Source: an uncultured Actinomycetes bacterium (lineage in GTDB: Bacteria > Actinomycetota > Geothermincolia > Fen-727 > JACVIW01). Taken from it: a DNA stretch of 64,000 bases. Shown here in pieces: positions 1-9,168 of the stretch. Each line of letters begins with the position of its first letter. The stretch's first letter is position 1. The translations under genes were made by a program, and so were the position numbers. The stretch lies in the NCBI GenBank assembly GCA_937127245.1, contig CAKZLU010000029.1, positions 67,502 through 131,501 of the forward strand, given 5' to 3'. The notes beneath the pieces were generated by a model that did no database searches, had not been told where the DNA came from, and saw nothing but the letters and a program-made list of their open reading frames with translations.

Positions 1-249
1 TTTTTGACCTCAGACCGCTTCCAGCCCGCGCGTGGGCTTTCGCTTGCGTATGGATTCCTCTCTGTCTTGTGGCAGATGAGCTCAGGAAGTTTGCGGTAAT
101 GCGTTTTACCCGAAAAAGATTGCCAACCGTAGGTGACGAGAATGTAGGGTCGATGTAGGTTGGTCGGGTAGTTGATTGAAACCTATTGTTGTTTAAGTCA
201 GGTCTGCCGTTTTTTGTTTTAAATATCTATCGTTGAGGGGCTGAGAAGG

Positions 250-900
250 ATGCATGTGGTAATACTCGGGTGCGGGAGGGCAGGTTCCCGTCTTGCAAGG
301 AAGCTTTCAAAGGCGGGACACAGCGTTGCTGTAATAGACAAAGACCCCAATGCCTTTCACCTGCTTGATGTGGATTTTATGGGGAAAAAAGTAATCGGTA
401 TTGGATTCGACCCAGATGTGCTCATACAAGCTGGTATCGAAAACGCTGACGCTTTCGTGGCTTTGAGCAGCGGCGACAACTCGAATATCGTCTCTTCGGT
501 GGTTGCCAAGGATGTCTTTCATGTGCCGAAAGTCATCGCAAGAATTTATGATCCCAGAAGAGCTTCAATATATAGGCGCTTCGGGATACTCATAGTTGCG
601 CCAGTGCGCTGGTCAGTCTCTAAGATTGCCGACACGTTGCTCATGGAACTTGTCCACACGAGGGAGACCTTTGGTAGCGGGGCAGTGGAGTTGATAGAAA
701 TAGAGGTGGGTAAGGAACTTGAGGGGAAGTTCGTTCGGGATTTCGAAGCACCCGGGGAAGTCAACATTGTCTGCATAGAAAGGTTCGGCGAGGCATTAAT
801 ACCGCTCGGCGGGACCGCCTTAGAGAAAGGGGACAGACTCTTTCTGGTTGTGGCTCGCAAAAGCTTCGAGAAGTTTAAGAGAATGTTTCACATCTTTTAG
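250..900 (+). CDS. TrkA-family K+ transport regulatory protein (RCK N-terminal NAD-binding domain plus TrkA-C domain)
   Basis: The N-terminus is a Rossmann-type motif, VVILGCGRAGSRLARKL. The length and the C-terminal region (GDRLFLV) match the TrkA-N/TrkA-C architecture. Confidence 0.7.
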   Translation: MHVVILGCGRAGSRLARKLSKAGHSVAVIDKDPNAFHLLDVDFMGKKVIGIGFDPDVLIQAGIENADAFVALSSGDNSNIVSSVVAKDVFHVPKVIARIYDPRRASIYRRFGILIVAPVRWSVSKIADTLLMELVHTRETFGSGAVELIEIEVGKELEGKFVRDFEAPGEVNIVCIERFGEALIPLGGTALEKGDRLFLVVARKSFEKFKRMFHIF

Positions 901-917
901 ATTACGGAGGGGCTGAG

Positions 918-1583
918 ATGAAAATTCTCATAATCGGCGGGGGTTTGGTAGGCTCGTTTCTCGCCGGGATTTTTTCCAAGAACCACGAGGTCACCGTGAT
1001 TGACAAAGACTTTCGCAAATGCGAAAAGCTAAGCTCGGAAACCCCCGGCGTTAAAGTCTTCTGCGAGGACGGCTGTGAGCCTTGGGTGCTTGAGTATTCC
1101 GGAATAAAAGATGCGGACCTTGTCCTTCCGGTGACCGGTGATGACGAGGACAACCTTGTGATATCGTACCTCGCGAAGTACGAGTATGACGTTCCCAAAG
1201 TAATCGCCAGGGTCAACAATCCCAAAAACAGTTGGCTTTTTAACCGTTCATGGGGCGTAGATGTTGAGGTGAGCGTTTCAGACATAATCGCAAAGATAGT
1301 TGAGGAGGAGATAACTCTCGGCGAATTGGTCACAATCCTTCGACTGAAAGCAAGCGATGTGGCTTTAGTGGAGATTACGATCCCGCCCCATTCAGCCGCA
1401 AATGAAAAGAAGCTTGAAGAAATAGACTTTCCGCCGGAGACTCTCATCGTCACTGTTATAAGGGGCGATGAAATGATGATACCCGGGGCTCAGACCGTGC
1501 TTCGAGAGGGTGACAAGGTTCTTGCCGTTACGAATATGAAAAACGAGGAGGAAATAGAAAGGCTCCTCGGCGGTTTTGAATAA
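918..1583 (+). CDS. TrkA-family K+ transport regulatory protein, second adjacent paralog
   Basis: It starts with a Rossmann motif, ILIIGGGLVGSFLAGIF, and ends with a TrkA-C-like region (REGDKVLAV). A GGAG-type RBS lies upstream. Confidence 0.7.
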   Translation: MKILIIGGGLVGSFLAGIFSKNHEVTVIDKDFRKCEKLSSETPGVKVFCEDGCEPWVLEYSGIKDADLVLPVTGDDEDNLVISYLAKYEYDVPKVIARVNNPKNSWLFNRSWGVDVEVSVSDIIAKIVEEEITLGELVTILRLKASDVALVEITIPPHSAANEKKLEEIDFPPETLIVTVIRGDEMMIPGAQTVLREGDKVLAVTNMKNEEEIERLLGGFE

Positions 1584-1735
1584 TCTTGTTCGCGCTCGAA
1601 TCTCTCGGCGGCTTCCCTGATTCCTCGGCTGTCCATGCTTTGGTCATTACGCTTGATCGCGCTCAATGTTTAAAAAAACTCAGCGTTGATATAATTTCTT
1701 AAAATACAAACCACGATCTCGTGAAAGGAGAGGCT

Positions 1736-2227
1736 ATGGCAACGTCCGATAACTTGAAAAGCGCTTTTGCCGGAGAGTCTCAGGCCAACAGGAAATATCT
1801 TGCGTACGCGAAAAAAGCGGATGAGGAAGGCTTTGCGCAGGTGGCGAAGCTTTTCAGAGCGGCGGCTGACGCGGAGACCGTTCACGCGCACGCGCATCTC
1901 AGAGTCATGAAAAAGGTTGGAAGCACGGAAAAGAACCTGAAAGACGCTATTGAGGGAGAGACGGCGGAGTTCACCAGCATGTACCCTGGATTCATAGACG
2001 AAGCGGAAAAGGAAGGCGAGACTGAAGCCGCCACCTCGTTCAGGTTCGCAAATGAGGTTGAAAAGATTCACGCAAGCCTTTTCAGGAAAACCTTGGAGGA
2101 GTTGGGGAACGAGGAGCCTGTCGATTACTATGTGTGCCAGTACTGCGGAAACACGGTGGAAGGGGAGCCTCCAGAAAGGTGCCCCATATGCGGCGCTCCT
2201 AAATCCATGTTCAAGAAGATAGATTGA
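1736..2227 (+). CDS. Rubrerythrin (ferritin-like diiron domain plus C-terminal rubredoxin-like CxxC...CxxC)
   Basis: The AGESQANRKYLAYA region and ExxH motifs are diiron-ligand helices. The C-terminus has CQYCGN...CPICGA. An AAAGGAG RBS precedes the ATG at 1736; the longer frame begins at 1721. Confidence 0.8.
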   Translation: MATSDNLKSAFAGESQANRKYLAYAKKADEEGFAQVAKLFRAAADAETVHAHAHLRVMKKVGSTEKNLKDAIEGETAEFTSMYPGFIDEAEKEGETEAATSFRFANEVEKIHASLFRKTLEELGNEEPVDYYVCQYCGNTVEGEPPERCPICGAPKSMFKKID

Positions 2228-2311
2228 AAAAGTCTTTTCGCAGGAGATTAACAAGACTGTTCAAGTAAACTGCTGGATCAAGCAGACGTCGAATTCGTGG
2301 AGGATTTAGTT

Positions 2312-3082
2312 ATGGGAAGATGCGTTTTTGAAATCCCTCCCCTGGGTGTGCGCTTTCTCCGTGGCGATGAGGAATCAGTCCCGCAGTTCGAGGAGTACCG
2401 CGGGGTTTCATACTGTGACGCGGTCAGACTTGCCACTTCCGGAAAAACGGTTTTATTGAAACCTGATTCTATCGAGGTATGCAAATGGGTTCCTGTTGTT
2501 CTCGGTTTTAAGAAGCCCGAAAACAATTTCGAGAAAGGCATACACCCCAGATTAGATTATCCAGGCAGAAGCGTACTGATTGCCCCGTTGTCTTCTTTTT
2601 CTAAAACTACTCCCCCGGACGTTGTGATTTTCCGCGGAAGCCCAGAAAGCCTCAAAGAACTGATCAGCAGGATCGGAGAGGATGCTCTGATCTCAAAATA
2701 CAGAGGGGACATAAGCATATCTGCGCTTGCTCCTTCCGGATTGGATTACAGCCGAAGGGCTGGCTTCATAAATGCGATAAACCGCGTTCTTTCGAGATTG
2801 GGGCGGATCAAGTTTTTCGACAGGTTCATCAAATTCGCCTTCAAGAGTCTCTTTATCACCTCAACTTTCGAGAAAATGATAAAGAAAACCCTTGCCGACA
2901 TGTCGATATGCCGCAATTCCACGGTCATACCTTTTCTTGAAAGGGGAGCAAACGTCTCATTCTTCTGCCCAGGGGGTGTCACGTGGGGTGGTAACACATC
3001 AAATCATATGACCTGCGGGTTCCCTTTCTACGTTGTCGAGGCTCTGCTCACGGATGAAGGCTTTTTCAGGCCGTCGATATGA
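2312..3082 (+). CDS. Hypothetical protein, possibly DUF169-like
   Basis: A roughly 255-aa ORF with a GGAGGA RBS before the ATG at 2312. The family assignment is from memory only. Confidence 0.35.
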   Translation: MGRCVFEIPPLGVRFLRGDEESVPQFEEYRGVSYCDAVRLATSGKTVLLKPDSIEVCKWVPVVLGFKKPENNFEKGIHPRLDYPGRSVLIAPLSSFSKTTPPDVVIFRGSPESLKELISRIGEDALISKYRGDISISALAPSGLDYSRRAGFINAINRVLSRLGRIKFFDRFIKFAFKSLFITSTFEKMIKKTLADMSICRNSTVIPFLERGANVSFFCPGGVTWGGNTSNHMTCGFPFYVVEALLTDEGFFRPSI

Positions 3083-3096
3083 CCCGTCCTGAAGGC

Positions 3097-3891
3097 TCAA
3101 ACTATGGATGTCGCTTTCGCTGGGCAAGCCCTCTGGCAAAGACCGCACCCAAAACATTCCCCTACTACTGACTTACCTTTTATGAGTGTTCTTGCACCGA
3201 AGGGACATACCTCCACGCACTTCCCGCAACCCTCGCAGCGGGTTTCGTCCACTCTTGCCGTTCGGTTTCCTTTGATTAGCGGGAATATTTTCTGTCCGAG
3301 CGTTCTATTGAGGATAAAAGGAACGCATCCGTCAACACAGCAGTTGCATATTACATACTCGTTTAGCGCTCCACCGATAAGACAGTGCATGAATACCATA
3401 TGGAACATCCCGAGTTCCGCGCATTCGGTGATGATCCGGCATGCCTCCTCTTTGGAGATTTCCCTGTACTCCTCAGGGAAAACTTCAAGCCAAACGGAAG
3501 CGCCCGTCTTTATCACTATATCCGTATCTATCGGGTGAGAGCATGCGCGGTGCCCTATTCTGCAGCGGCATGGTCCCACCGCTATTTTTCCCTCAAGCCC
3601 TTTTACCATCTCGATTAATTCTTCATATGGTACGGGCTTGCCCGTGTCCCCGTAGTGACCGAAGGGATAGGCGATCGGGTAAATAATGAGCCAACGGGTG
3701 AGGAAAAATCTTGAGAGAAAGCGCAGCCTGCCCACACAGGCAAGATAAGAAAGATGAAGAATAGGTACCTCGATGAACCGGGCAAATATGCGCATTAGCC
3801 AGAGCCTTACGGGACTGTACTCACCGCTTATCAAATGGAAAATGAAAAACGCAGCAGAAAGCGATTGCGCAAGCGAAACCATCTTCTTCAT
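3097..3891 (-). CDS. Membrane-associated 4Fe-4S ferredoxin-domain protein
   Basis: The N-terminus is hydrophobic. The C-terminus has two CxxCxxCxxxCP motifs (CEGCGKCVEVCP and CFGCGLCQRACP), plus a cysteine-rich CRCRIGHRAC region. Confidence 0.5.
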   Translation of the reverse strand: MKKMVSLAQSLSAAFFIFHLISGEYSPVRLWLMRIFARFIEVPILHLSYLACVGRLRFLSRFFLTRWLIIYPIAYPFGHYGDTGKPVPYEELIEMVKGLEGKIAVGPCRCRIGHRACSHPIDTDIVIKTGASVWLEVFPEEYREISKEEACRIITECAELGMFHMVFMHCLIGGALNEYVICNCCVDGCVPFILNRTLGQKIFPLIKGNRTARVDETRCEGCGKCVEVCPFGARTLIKGKSVVGECFGCGLCQRACPAKATSIV

Positions 3892-3928
3892 TTAACACCC
3901 GCGCCATTAGTCCTTTGGTTTTGCATAA

Positions 3929-4696
3929 TCAAGAGAGCATAGCCCCACCATCAACGAGGACGGTTTCACCCGTGATGAAGCTTGCGGCATCTGAGGCGAG
4001 AAATACGGCAAGCCCTGCTATTTCCTCTGGCTGGGCTATTCTACCCAGGGGTATTTTGGATTCCGCCACTTTTCTGATTTCCTCATTACCCCATAGTGCC
4101 TGGCTGAAACGGGTTTGAACGAGCCCCGGCGCGATCCCGTTGATGCGTATCCCGTATGGACCGAGCTCAAGCGCGAACGCCTTTGTGACCATGTCGAGAC
4201 CGGCTTTGCTTATGCTGTATATTCCAAGCCCCGGCGTTGGACGAAGTGCCGCTTCCGTGCTTATATTGATGATCGAGCCTGAACGCTTTTCCATCATTAT
4301 ATTTGCGACCGCCTTTGTGAGAAAGAAGACCCCCTTAAGATTCACGTCCATAATCTTGTCCCAAACAGCCGTATCAGCGTTCATCATCGGTCCGAAGACG
4401 GGATTTGTAGCAGCGTTGTTCACGAGGATGTCTATGGTTCCAAATTTCTCAATCGTGCCGTTGACGACTGCTTGGAGTGACTCAAGGTTTCCCATATGGG
4501 CTGGAATACAGTGCGCCGTACCGCCCGCTGCCTCTATTTTTTCTTTTACCGCGTTCAAGCCTTCTATCTTACGGCTTGAAAGCACCACCTTTGCTCCGAA
4601 CTCGGACATGGCAAGCGCGATAGCCTCACCAATTCCCCTGCTTCCACCAGTGATGATTGCCACTTTACCAGTTAGGTCAAATTTTTCTTTGTACAT
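3929..4696 (-). CDS. Short-chain dehydrogenase/reductase (SDR) family oxidoreductase
   Basis: It has a TGGSRGIG cofactor-binding motif, an NNAA motif and a YxxxK catalytic pair (YSISK). Confidence 0.8.
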   Translation of the reverse strand: MYKEKFDLTGKVAIITGGSRGIGEAIALAMSEFGAKVVLSSRKIEGLNAVKEKIEAAGGTAHCIPAHMGNLESLQAVVNGTIEKFGTIDILVNNAATNPVFGPMMNADTAVWDKIMDVNLKGVFFLTKAVANIMMEKRSGSIINISTEAALRPTPGLGIYSISKAGLDMVTKAFALELGPYGIRINGIAPGLVQTRFSQALWGNEEIRKVAESKIPLGRIAQPEEIAGLAVFLASDAASFITGETVLVDGGAMLS

Positions 4697-4902
4697 GTGT
4701 ATATCATCCCTCCCCGTTGTTTTAAAAACGGAATCTCCACAGGAAAATATAATAACAATCCAGCGTTAGAAATGCTTGAATTTGACCTGGGCACTCTTCT
4801 GGAGACGATTATCGTACGCTTTCAGTTCAAAATAGTTTTCATTAGTTATAAAATTACATTTCCGGAAAGTGTTGGTTGTCTGTCCTTCTTAGCGGAAAGG
4901 AG

Positions 4903-5823
4903 ATGAAGATGGCGGATGAAATAAGGTTCGACGGGAGAGTTGCGGTTGTAACCGGAGCAGGCGGCGGTCTCGGCCGCGCTCATGCTCTGCTGCTCGCGAG
5001 CCGCGGCGCGAAGGTTGTCGTCAACGACCTCGGGGGCGCCATGGATGGTACCGGCAGCGACACAACCCCCGCGCAGAGGGTTGTTGACGAGATAAAGGCG
5101 GCTGGTGGCGAGGCTGTGGCGAACTACGACAGCGTGTCTGAATGGGAAAGCGCTCAGCGGATAATACAAACGGCGATCGATAACTACGGTAAAATCGACA
5201 TCCTTATCAACAATGCGGGAATTCTTCGCGACAGGTCAATGCTTAAGATGTCCATTGATGACTGGAACATAGTAATCGCGGTTCATCTCTCCGGAACGTT
5301 TTTCTGCACTAAAGCGGCGCTCCCTTACATGAGGGAAAACAACTACGGAAGGATCGTGTCAACCGCTTCTGCGGCTGGTCTGTACGGTAATTTTGGACAG
5401 ACCAACTACGGAGCGGCGAAGCTCGGGATCGCGGGTCTTATGAATTCCGTAAAGCTTGAGGGAGCCAAGTACAACATTAAGGCGAACACTTTGGTTCCTA
5501 TCGCCGGCACGAGGCTCACGGCAACGGTATTGCCCCCCAATGTGGTTGAGAAGCTCAAGCCCGAGTACGTTTCCCCGATCGTAGCTTATCTTTGCAGCGA
5601 GCAGTGCGAACTTTCGGGCGCAATGCTTGTCGCAGGTGGTGGATACTTCAGCAGGGCTGCCGTTTGCGAGGGTCCAGGCGTTTTCTTCGATGACCCTGAC
5701 TCGATGACGGTGGAAGATGTGGCCGCTAAGATGCAGGAGATTACCTCACTTGAAGGCGCTGTGGAGTACGACTCGGCTACGGCGCAGACAATGCATGCTT
5801 TGAGCCACATGAAGATGGATTGA
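4903..5823 (+). CDS. SDR-family 3-hydroxyacyl-CoA dehydrogenase, MFE-2 (HSD17B4 N-terminal) type
   Basis: TGAGGGLG motif and YxxxK (YGAAK). Its stop overlaps the downstream hydratase gene. The start could be 4876, 4903 or 4909. Confidence 0.7.
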   Translation: MKMADEIRFDGRVAVVTGAGGGLGRAHALLLASRGAKVVVNDLGGAMDGTGSDTTPAQRVVDEIKAAGGEAVANYDSVSEWESAQRIIQTAIDNYGKIDILINNAGILRDRSMLKMSIDDWNIVIAVHLSGTFFCTKAALPYMRENNYGRIVSTASAAGLYGNFGQTNYGAAKLGIAGLMNSVKLEGAKYNIKANTLVPIAGTRLTATVLPPNVVEKLKPEYVSPIVAYLCSEQCELSGAMLVAGGGYFSRAAVCEGPGVFFDDPDSMTVEDVAAKMQEITSLEGAVEYDSATAQTMHALSHMKMD

Positions 5824-5840
5824 AAGGGGGTCTTGTTGCG

Positions 5841-6698
5841 ATGCCTATAGATCTCGAAAAAGCACTCGGCGCGGAACTTGCTCCTGTTCCTTTCGAGTAC
5901 GATCACAAAACGGTTATCCTTTATGCACTCGGAGTTGGAGCTGGCGCGGATCCCGAAGAGCTTAAATTCGTTTATGAGAATCCACCTGGGCTTGCGGTAC
6001 TTCCCAGTTTCGGGGTCATACCCCCCTTTCCCGCCCTGATGGGTCTTCTGGGAGTTGAGGGCGTTCAGATCAACCTGTTAATGCTGCTTCACGGCGAACA
6101 GTATCTTGAGATACGAAAGCATCCCGTTCCCTCATCGGGAAAGCTAACCACTTTTCCCCGGGTGAAGAACATCTTCGACAAAGGCAAAGGTGCGTTAATT
6201 GAGGTTGAAGCCGAAACGAAAGATGAATCAGGAGATATCGTTTACTACAACGTATTCGGGGCTTTTGTCCGCGGAGAAGGAGGATTCGGTGGCGAGAAAG
6301 GACCCGCGGCCGGAAACGAGCCTCCCGACAGAGCGCCGGACAGAATAGTCGAGATGAAAACCCTTCCTCAGCAGGCTTTGGTGTACAGGCTTTCGGGAGA
6401 TCCCAATCCTCTGCACGCTGATCCGCAGTTTGCCCAGATGGCTGGATACGAAAAACCAATTCTTCACGGGCTTTGCACTTTCGGGCATGCCTGCAGAGCG
6501 ATTCTTAAGGAGTTCTGCGAGAATGACCCAGAGAAATTTAAGTCCGTGAAAGTTCGCTTCAGTCGCCATGTTTTTCCTGGTGAGACAATCGTGACCGAAA
6601 TGTGGGATGAGGGCGAAGGAAGGATAGTCTTTCAGGTGAAAACCAAAGAGCGCGGGGAGATTGCTATTTCAAACGCGGCCGCTCAGCTCGCGCTCTGA
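5841..6698 (+). CDS. MaoC-like (R)-specific enoyl-CoA hydratase, double hot-dog fold
   Basis: Two hot-dog halves are visible, with a hydratase-2 type LSGDPNPLHAD motif in the C-terminal half. It is translationally coupled to the preceding SDR. Confidence 0.7.
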   Translation: MPIDLEKALGAELAPVPFEYDHKTVILYALGVGAGADPEELKFVYENPPGLAVLPSFGVIPPFPALMGLLGVEGVQINLLMLLHGEQYLEIRKHPVPSSGKLTTFPRVKNIFDKGKGALIEVEAETKDESGDIVYYNVFGAFVRGEGGFGGEKGPAAGNEPPDRAPDRIVEMKTLPQQALVYRLSGDPNPLHADPQFAQMAGYEKPILHGLCTFGHACRAILKEFCENDPEKFKSVKVRFSRHVFPGETIVTEMWDEGEGRIVFQVKTKERGEIAISNAAAQLAL

Positions 6699-6752
6699 TA
6701 GATAGCGCCCGGAGAATGTCCCGATCGCCTGCGGGTTGACTGTCGAAAATTC

Positions 6753-6780
6753 AACAGACCCGGCCTGATCCGGGTCTGTT
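6753..6780. terminator. Perfect hairpin (11-bp stem AACAGACCCGG / CCGGGTCTGTT, 6-nt loop) between convergent genes
   Basis: Read directly from the sequence. It lies between the MaoC (+) stop at 6698 and the DUF192 (-) stop at 6809. No strong T-tract follows. Confidence 0.5.
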
Positions 6781-6808
6781 GTCATATGGATGTCATGGAA
6801 GCAGCATA

Positions 6809-7333
6809 TTAGGGGGTGGCGGGAAGTATTGCGCGTGACCCCTCTTCAACGCCATTTGAAGAAAACCACTGTGAGTTTGCTTCAAAGACGTAGCGGAATT
6901 TGAAGGGAGGTCGAGCCTGTATCTCGGCGAAAGGCTTCATGTTGTAGACGGCGAGGACCTTTCCCTTTCTGTCGAGGAAGGCTGCAGATAGCGGGAATGA
7001 AGTTTCTTTCATCCAGAATACGGCTTCGACCTCCCTACCCATATCAAAAAGCACGCCTTTCTGGTCGAACAGGTCTTCGTTGGAATAGTTTGAAATCCTG
7101 GCTGGGTTCTGTAATTTGACAACAGAAATTATCAAACTCTTTACGCCTCGAGCGTTTGTAAAAGCAATCATGGAGCCTGGTGACCTCAGAGAAAAGAGAA
7201 GGCTTATTGTGGCCACCGCGGCGGTAAGTATCACGGGAATGGTTCTGCGAAGGATTCTTCCCGAATTCCGCAAGAACCCGACCGCCGTCAACATATACAT
7301 ACCTATTTGTTGAACTTGAGCGTTAGTATTCAT
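6809..7333 (-). CDS. DUF192-family protein (secreted or periplasmic)
   Basis: The N-terminal region is hydrophobic. The PLSAAFLDRKGKV motif resembles the conserved DUF192 PLDiaFiD segment. Confidence 0.45.
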   Translation of the reverse strand: MNTNAQVQQIGMYMLTAVGFLRNSGRILRRTIPVILTAAVATISLLFSLRSPGSMIAFTNARGVKSLIISVVKLQNPARISNYSNEDLFDQKGVLFDMGREVEAVFWMKETSFPLSAAFLDRKGKVLAVYNMKPFAEIQARPPFKFRYVFEANSQWFSSNGVEEGSRAILPATP

Positions 7334-7737
7334 CTCAACCTTATATTTAAACCTTCCGCATTGTTTTTCCTTTTAGTCCTTTATATAAGTTTGCGGATTT
7401 CCCTGTATGATTTTTGGTGCATCCATTGGGTTGTGTCGTTAATCGGTAAAAAAATCTTGTTTTGTAGGGGAAGCCTATTGAAGTGGCAAATCCATGATTA
7501 AGGACCAGGTGATCTGGGTTATATAGAGTGAAAGCAAAAAGAAAACGGGCAGGTCCTTGAAGTTGACATGGAGCGCGCAACGTTCAGAAACATCAAAGAG
7601 CAGGAAAACAAAAAGAAAACGGGTGTTCTGTGAAGACATTCAATCATTACCGAAAGCGCCTTAAATGAACGCAGATTGCGCCCGAAAATGGAAATCCCGC
7701 ATCAAATTTATAATATGCTTAGGGTGTTTCTATGTTC

Positions 7738-8892
7738 TTACAGATTCAGCGTTCTTGTGATTATGAGTTTTTGTATTTCTGTTGTTCCCCCAACTATTGT
7801 CATAATTCTCATATCCCGCCAAGCTTGCTGCATCGGGTATTCCATCATGTAGCCGTAACCGCCCATCAACTGCATGCAGTGGTAAGCCACTTCATTTGCG
7901 ACTTCGGAAGCATACCACTTTGCCATCGAAACCTCTTTCAGGCAGTCAAGACCCCTGTTGTACATGTCTGCGCATCGGTATGAAAGCTCTTTAGCCGCCT
8001 CTATTTTGGTTGCCAGTTCAGCGATCTTGAACGCGTTGTGTTGGAATCTTGATATCGGTTTGCCAAACTGCTTTCTCTCTTTCACGTAGTCGATCGCCAT
8101 TTGGAGTATCCGCTCCGCTCCGGCGTAGGCGGCAATCGCTATCAAAAGTCTTTCGGGCTGAAAGTTGGACATGATCTGGAAGAAACCTTTATTCTCCTCA
8201 CCGAGGAGACTGGAGGCGGGCACCCTCATGTCGGTGAAGAACAGTTCAGCCGTGTCGCTGCTCTTGAGCCCGACTTTGTCAAGCTTCCGACTTACTTCAA
8301 ATCCCGGTGTATCGGTATCCACTATGAACTCGGATATCCCCCCGTAACCAGCGTCTTTGTCAGTTTTTGCCGCGACTATAACCCAGTTTGCCTTCGCTCC
8401 ATTGGTTATGAATATCTTGTTGCCGTTTATCACGTAGTGGTCGCCGTCCTTTACCGCGGTTGTTCTCATTGCTGCAACGTCGCTTCCCGCTTCCGGCTCG
8501 GTAACCGCAAGCGCTCCCAGCGTCTCTCCTTTTACTGCCGAAACAAGGTATTTTCGCTTTTGCTCCTCATTTCCGTGAAGAAGAATAGCAGGTATCGCTA
8601 CCTCCATGTGAACGCCGACGGCAGTGGCAAATCCACTTGAGCCGCCGCTTGCGATAAGCTCCTCGAATAGGGCAACTATTGACCAGTAATCCGAACTGCT
8701 CCCCCCGTATTCCTCCGGGACTCTTAAACCCAGAAATCCAAGCTCCCCCATTTTGCGGAAAGCTTCTATGTTGTATTCTCCTTTCTCTTCCCATTCCTCA
8801 GCGTAAGGAGCAATTTCTTTCTCCGCGAATTCACGAACTGATTGCCTGAGCATCTCGTGCTCTTCGGAGAACATCGGGTACTTCTTTTCCAC
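7738..8892 (-). CDS. Acyl-CoA dehydrogenase
   Basis: About 384 aa with acyl-CoA dehydrogenase N-terminal, middle and C-terminal regions. Signature segments include GGSSG, TEPEAGSD and IFITNG, and a C-terminal QxxGGxGY-like motif (MQLMGGYGY). Confidence 0.85.
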   Translation of the reverse strand: MEKKYPMFSEEHEMLRQSVREFAEKEIAPYAEEWEEKGEYNIEAFRKMGELGFLGLRVPEEYGGSSSDYWSIVALFEELIASGGSSGFATAVGVHMEVAIPAILLHGNEEQKRKYLVSAVKGETLGALAVTEPEAGSDVAAMRTTAVKDGDHYVINGNKIFITNGAKANWVIVAAKTDKDAGYGGISEFIVDTDTPGFEVSRKLDKVGLKSSDTAELFFTDMRVPASSLLGEENKGFFQIMSNFQPERLLIAIAAYAGAERILQMAIDYVKERKQFGKPISRFQHNAFKIAELATKIEAAKELSYRCADMYNRGLDCLKEVSMAKWYASEVANEVAYHCMQLMGGYGYMMEYPMQQAWRDMRIMTIVGGTTEIQKLIITRTLNL

Positions 8893-9045
8893 TTCTTCCT
8901 CCTAAAACATCTGCCACCTTTTTCGCTTGCCTGACTACTAAACCAACCGCAATGGATTATATTACATTTCAAGTGGATGTTACTGCCGCCCCGTTTATAT
9001 GAACGGGATTATGAGGGGCAAAAAATTCTTGGTGAAAGCGCGGCG

Positions 9046-9063
9046 AAACGGACCGGTCCGTTT
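9046..9063. promoter_or_regulatory. Perfect 18-bp palindrome AAACGGACCGGTCCGTTT between the peptidase 3' end and the acyl-CoA dehydrogenase 5' end
   Basis: Read directly from the sequence. It looks like an operator, or forms a hairpin in RNA. Confidence 0.35.
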
Positions 9064-9168
9064 ACTGAAGCGTCCGCATGACGGAAAGCTAACCGCTATC
9101 GTTTGGCGGTAATCCTGCACGGTGCCTTCATCCCCGAGCGTCGCGAAATTTTTTCATGCTCAATCTCT

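Noticed and set aside
8101-8640. 179-aa plus-strand ORF and other antisense ORFs inside the acyl-CoA dehydrogenase gene
   Set aside because: They lie fully within a well-supported minus-strand gene and have no motif or RBS, so they are frame artefacts. The same reasoning was applied to antisense ORFs inside hdrA (for example 26748..27260, 28866..29462), feoB (46235..46567), the xylulokinase-like gene (55778..56474), the glycyl radical enzyme (17036..17386, 18354..18707), the large secreted protein (23743..24381) and hdrC (24873..25271).
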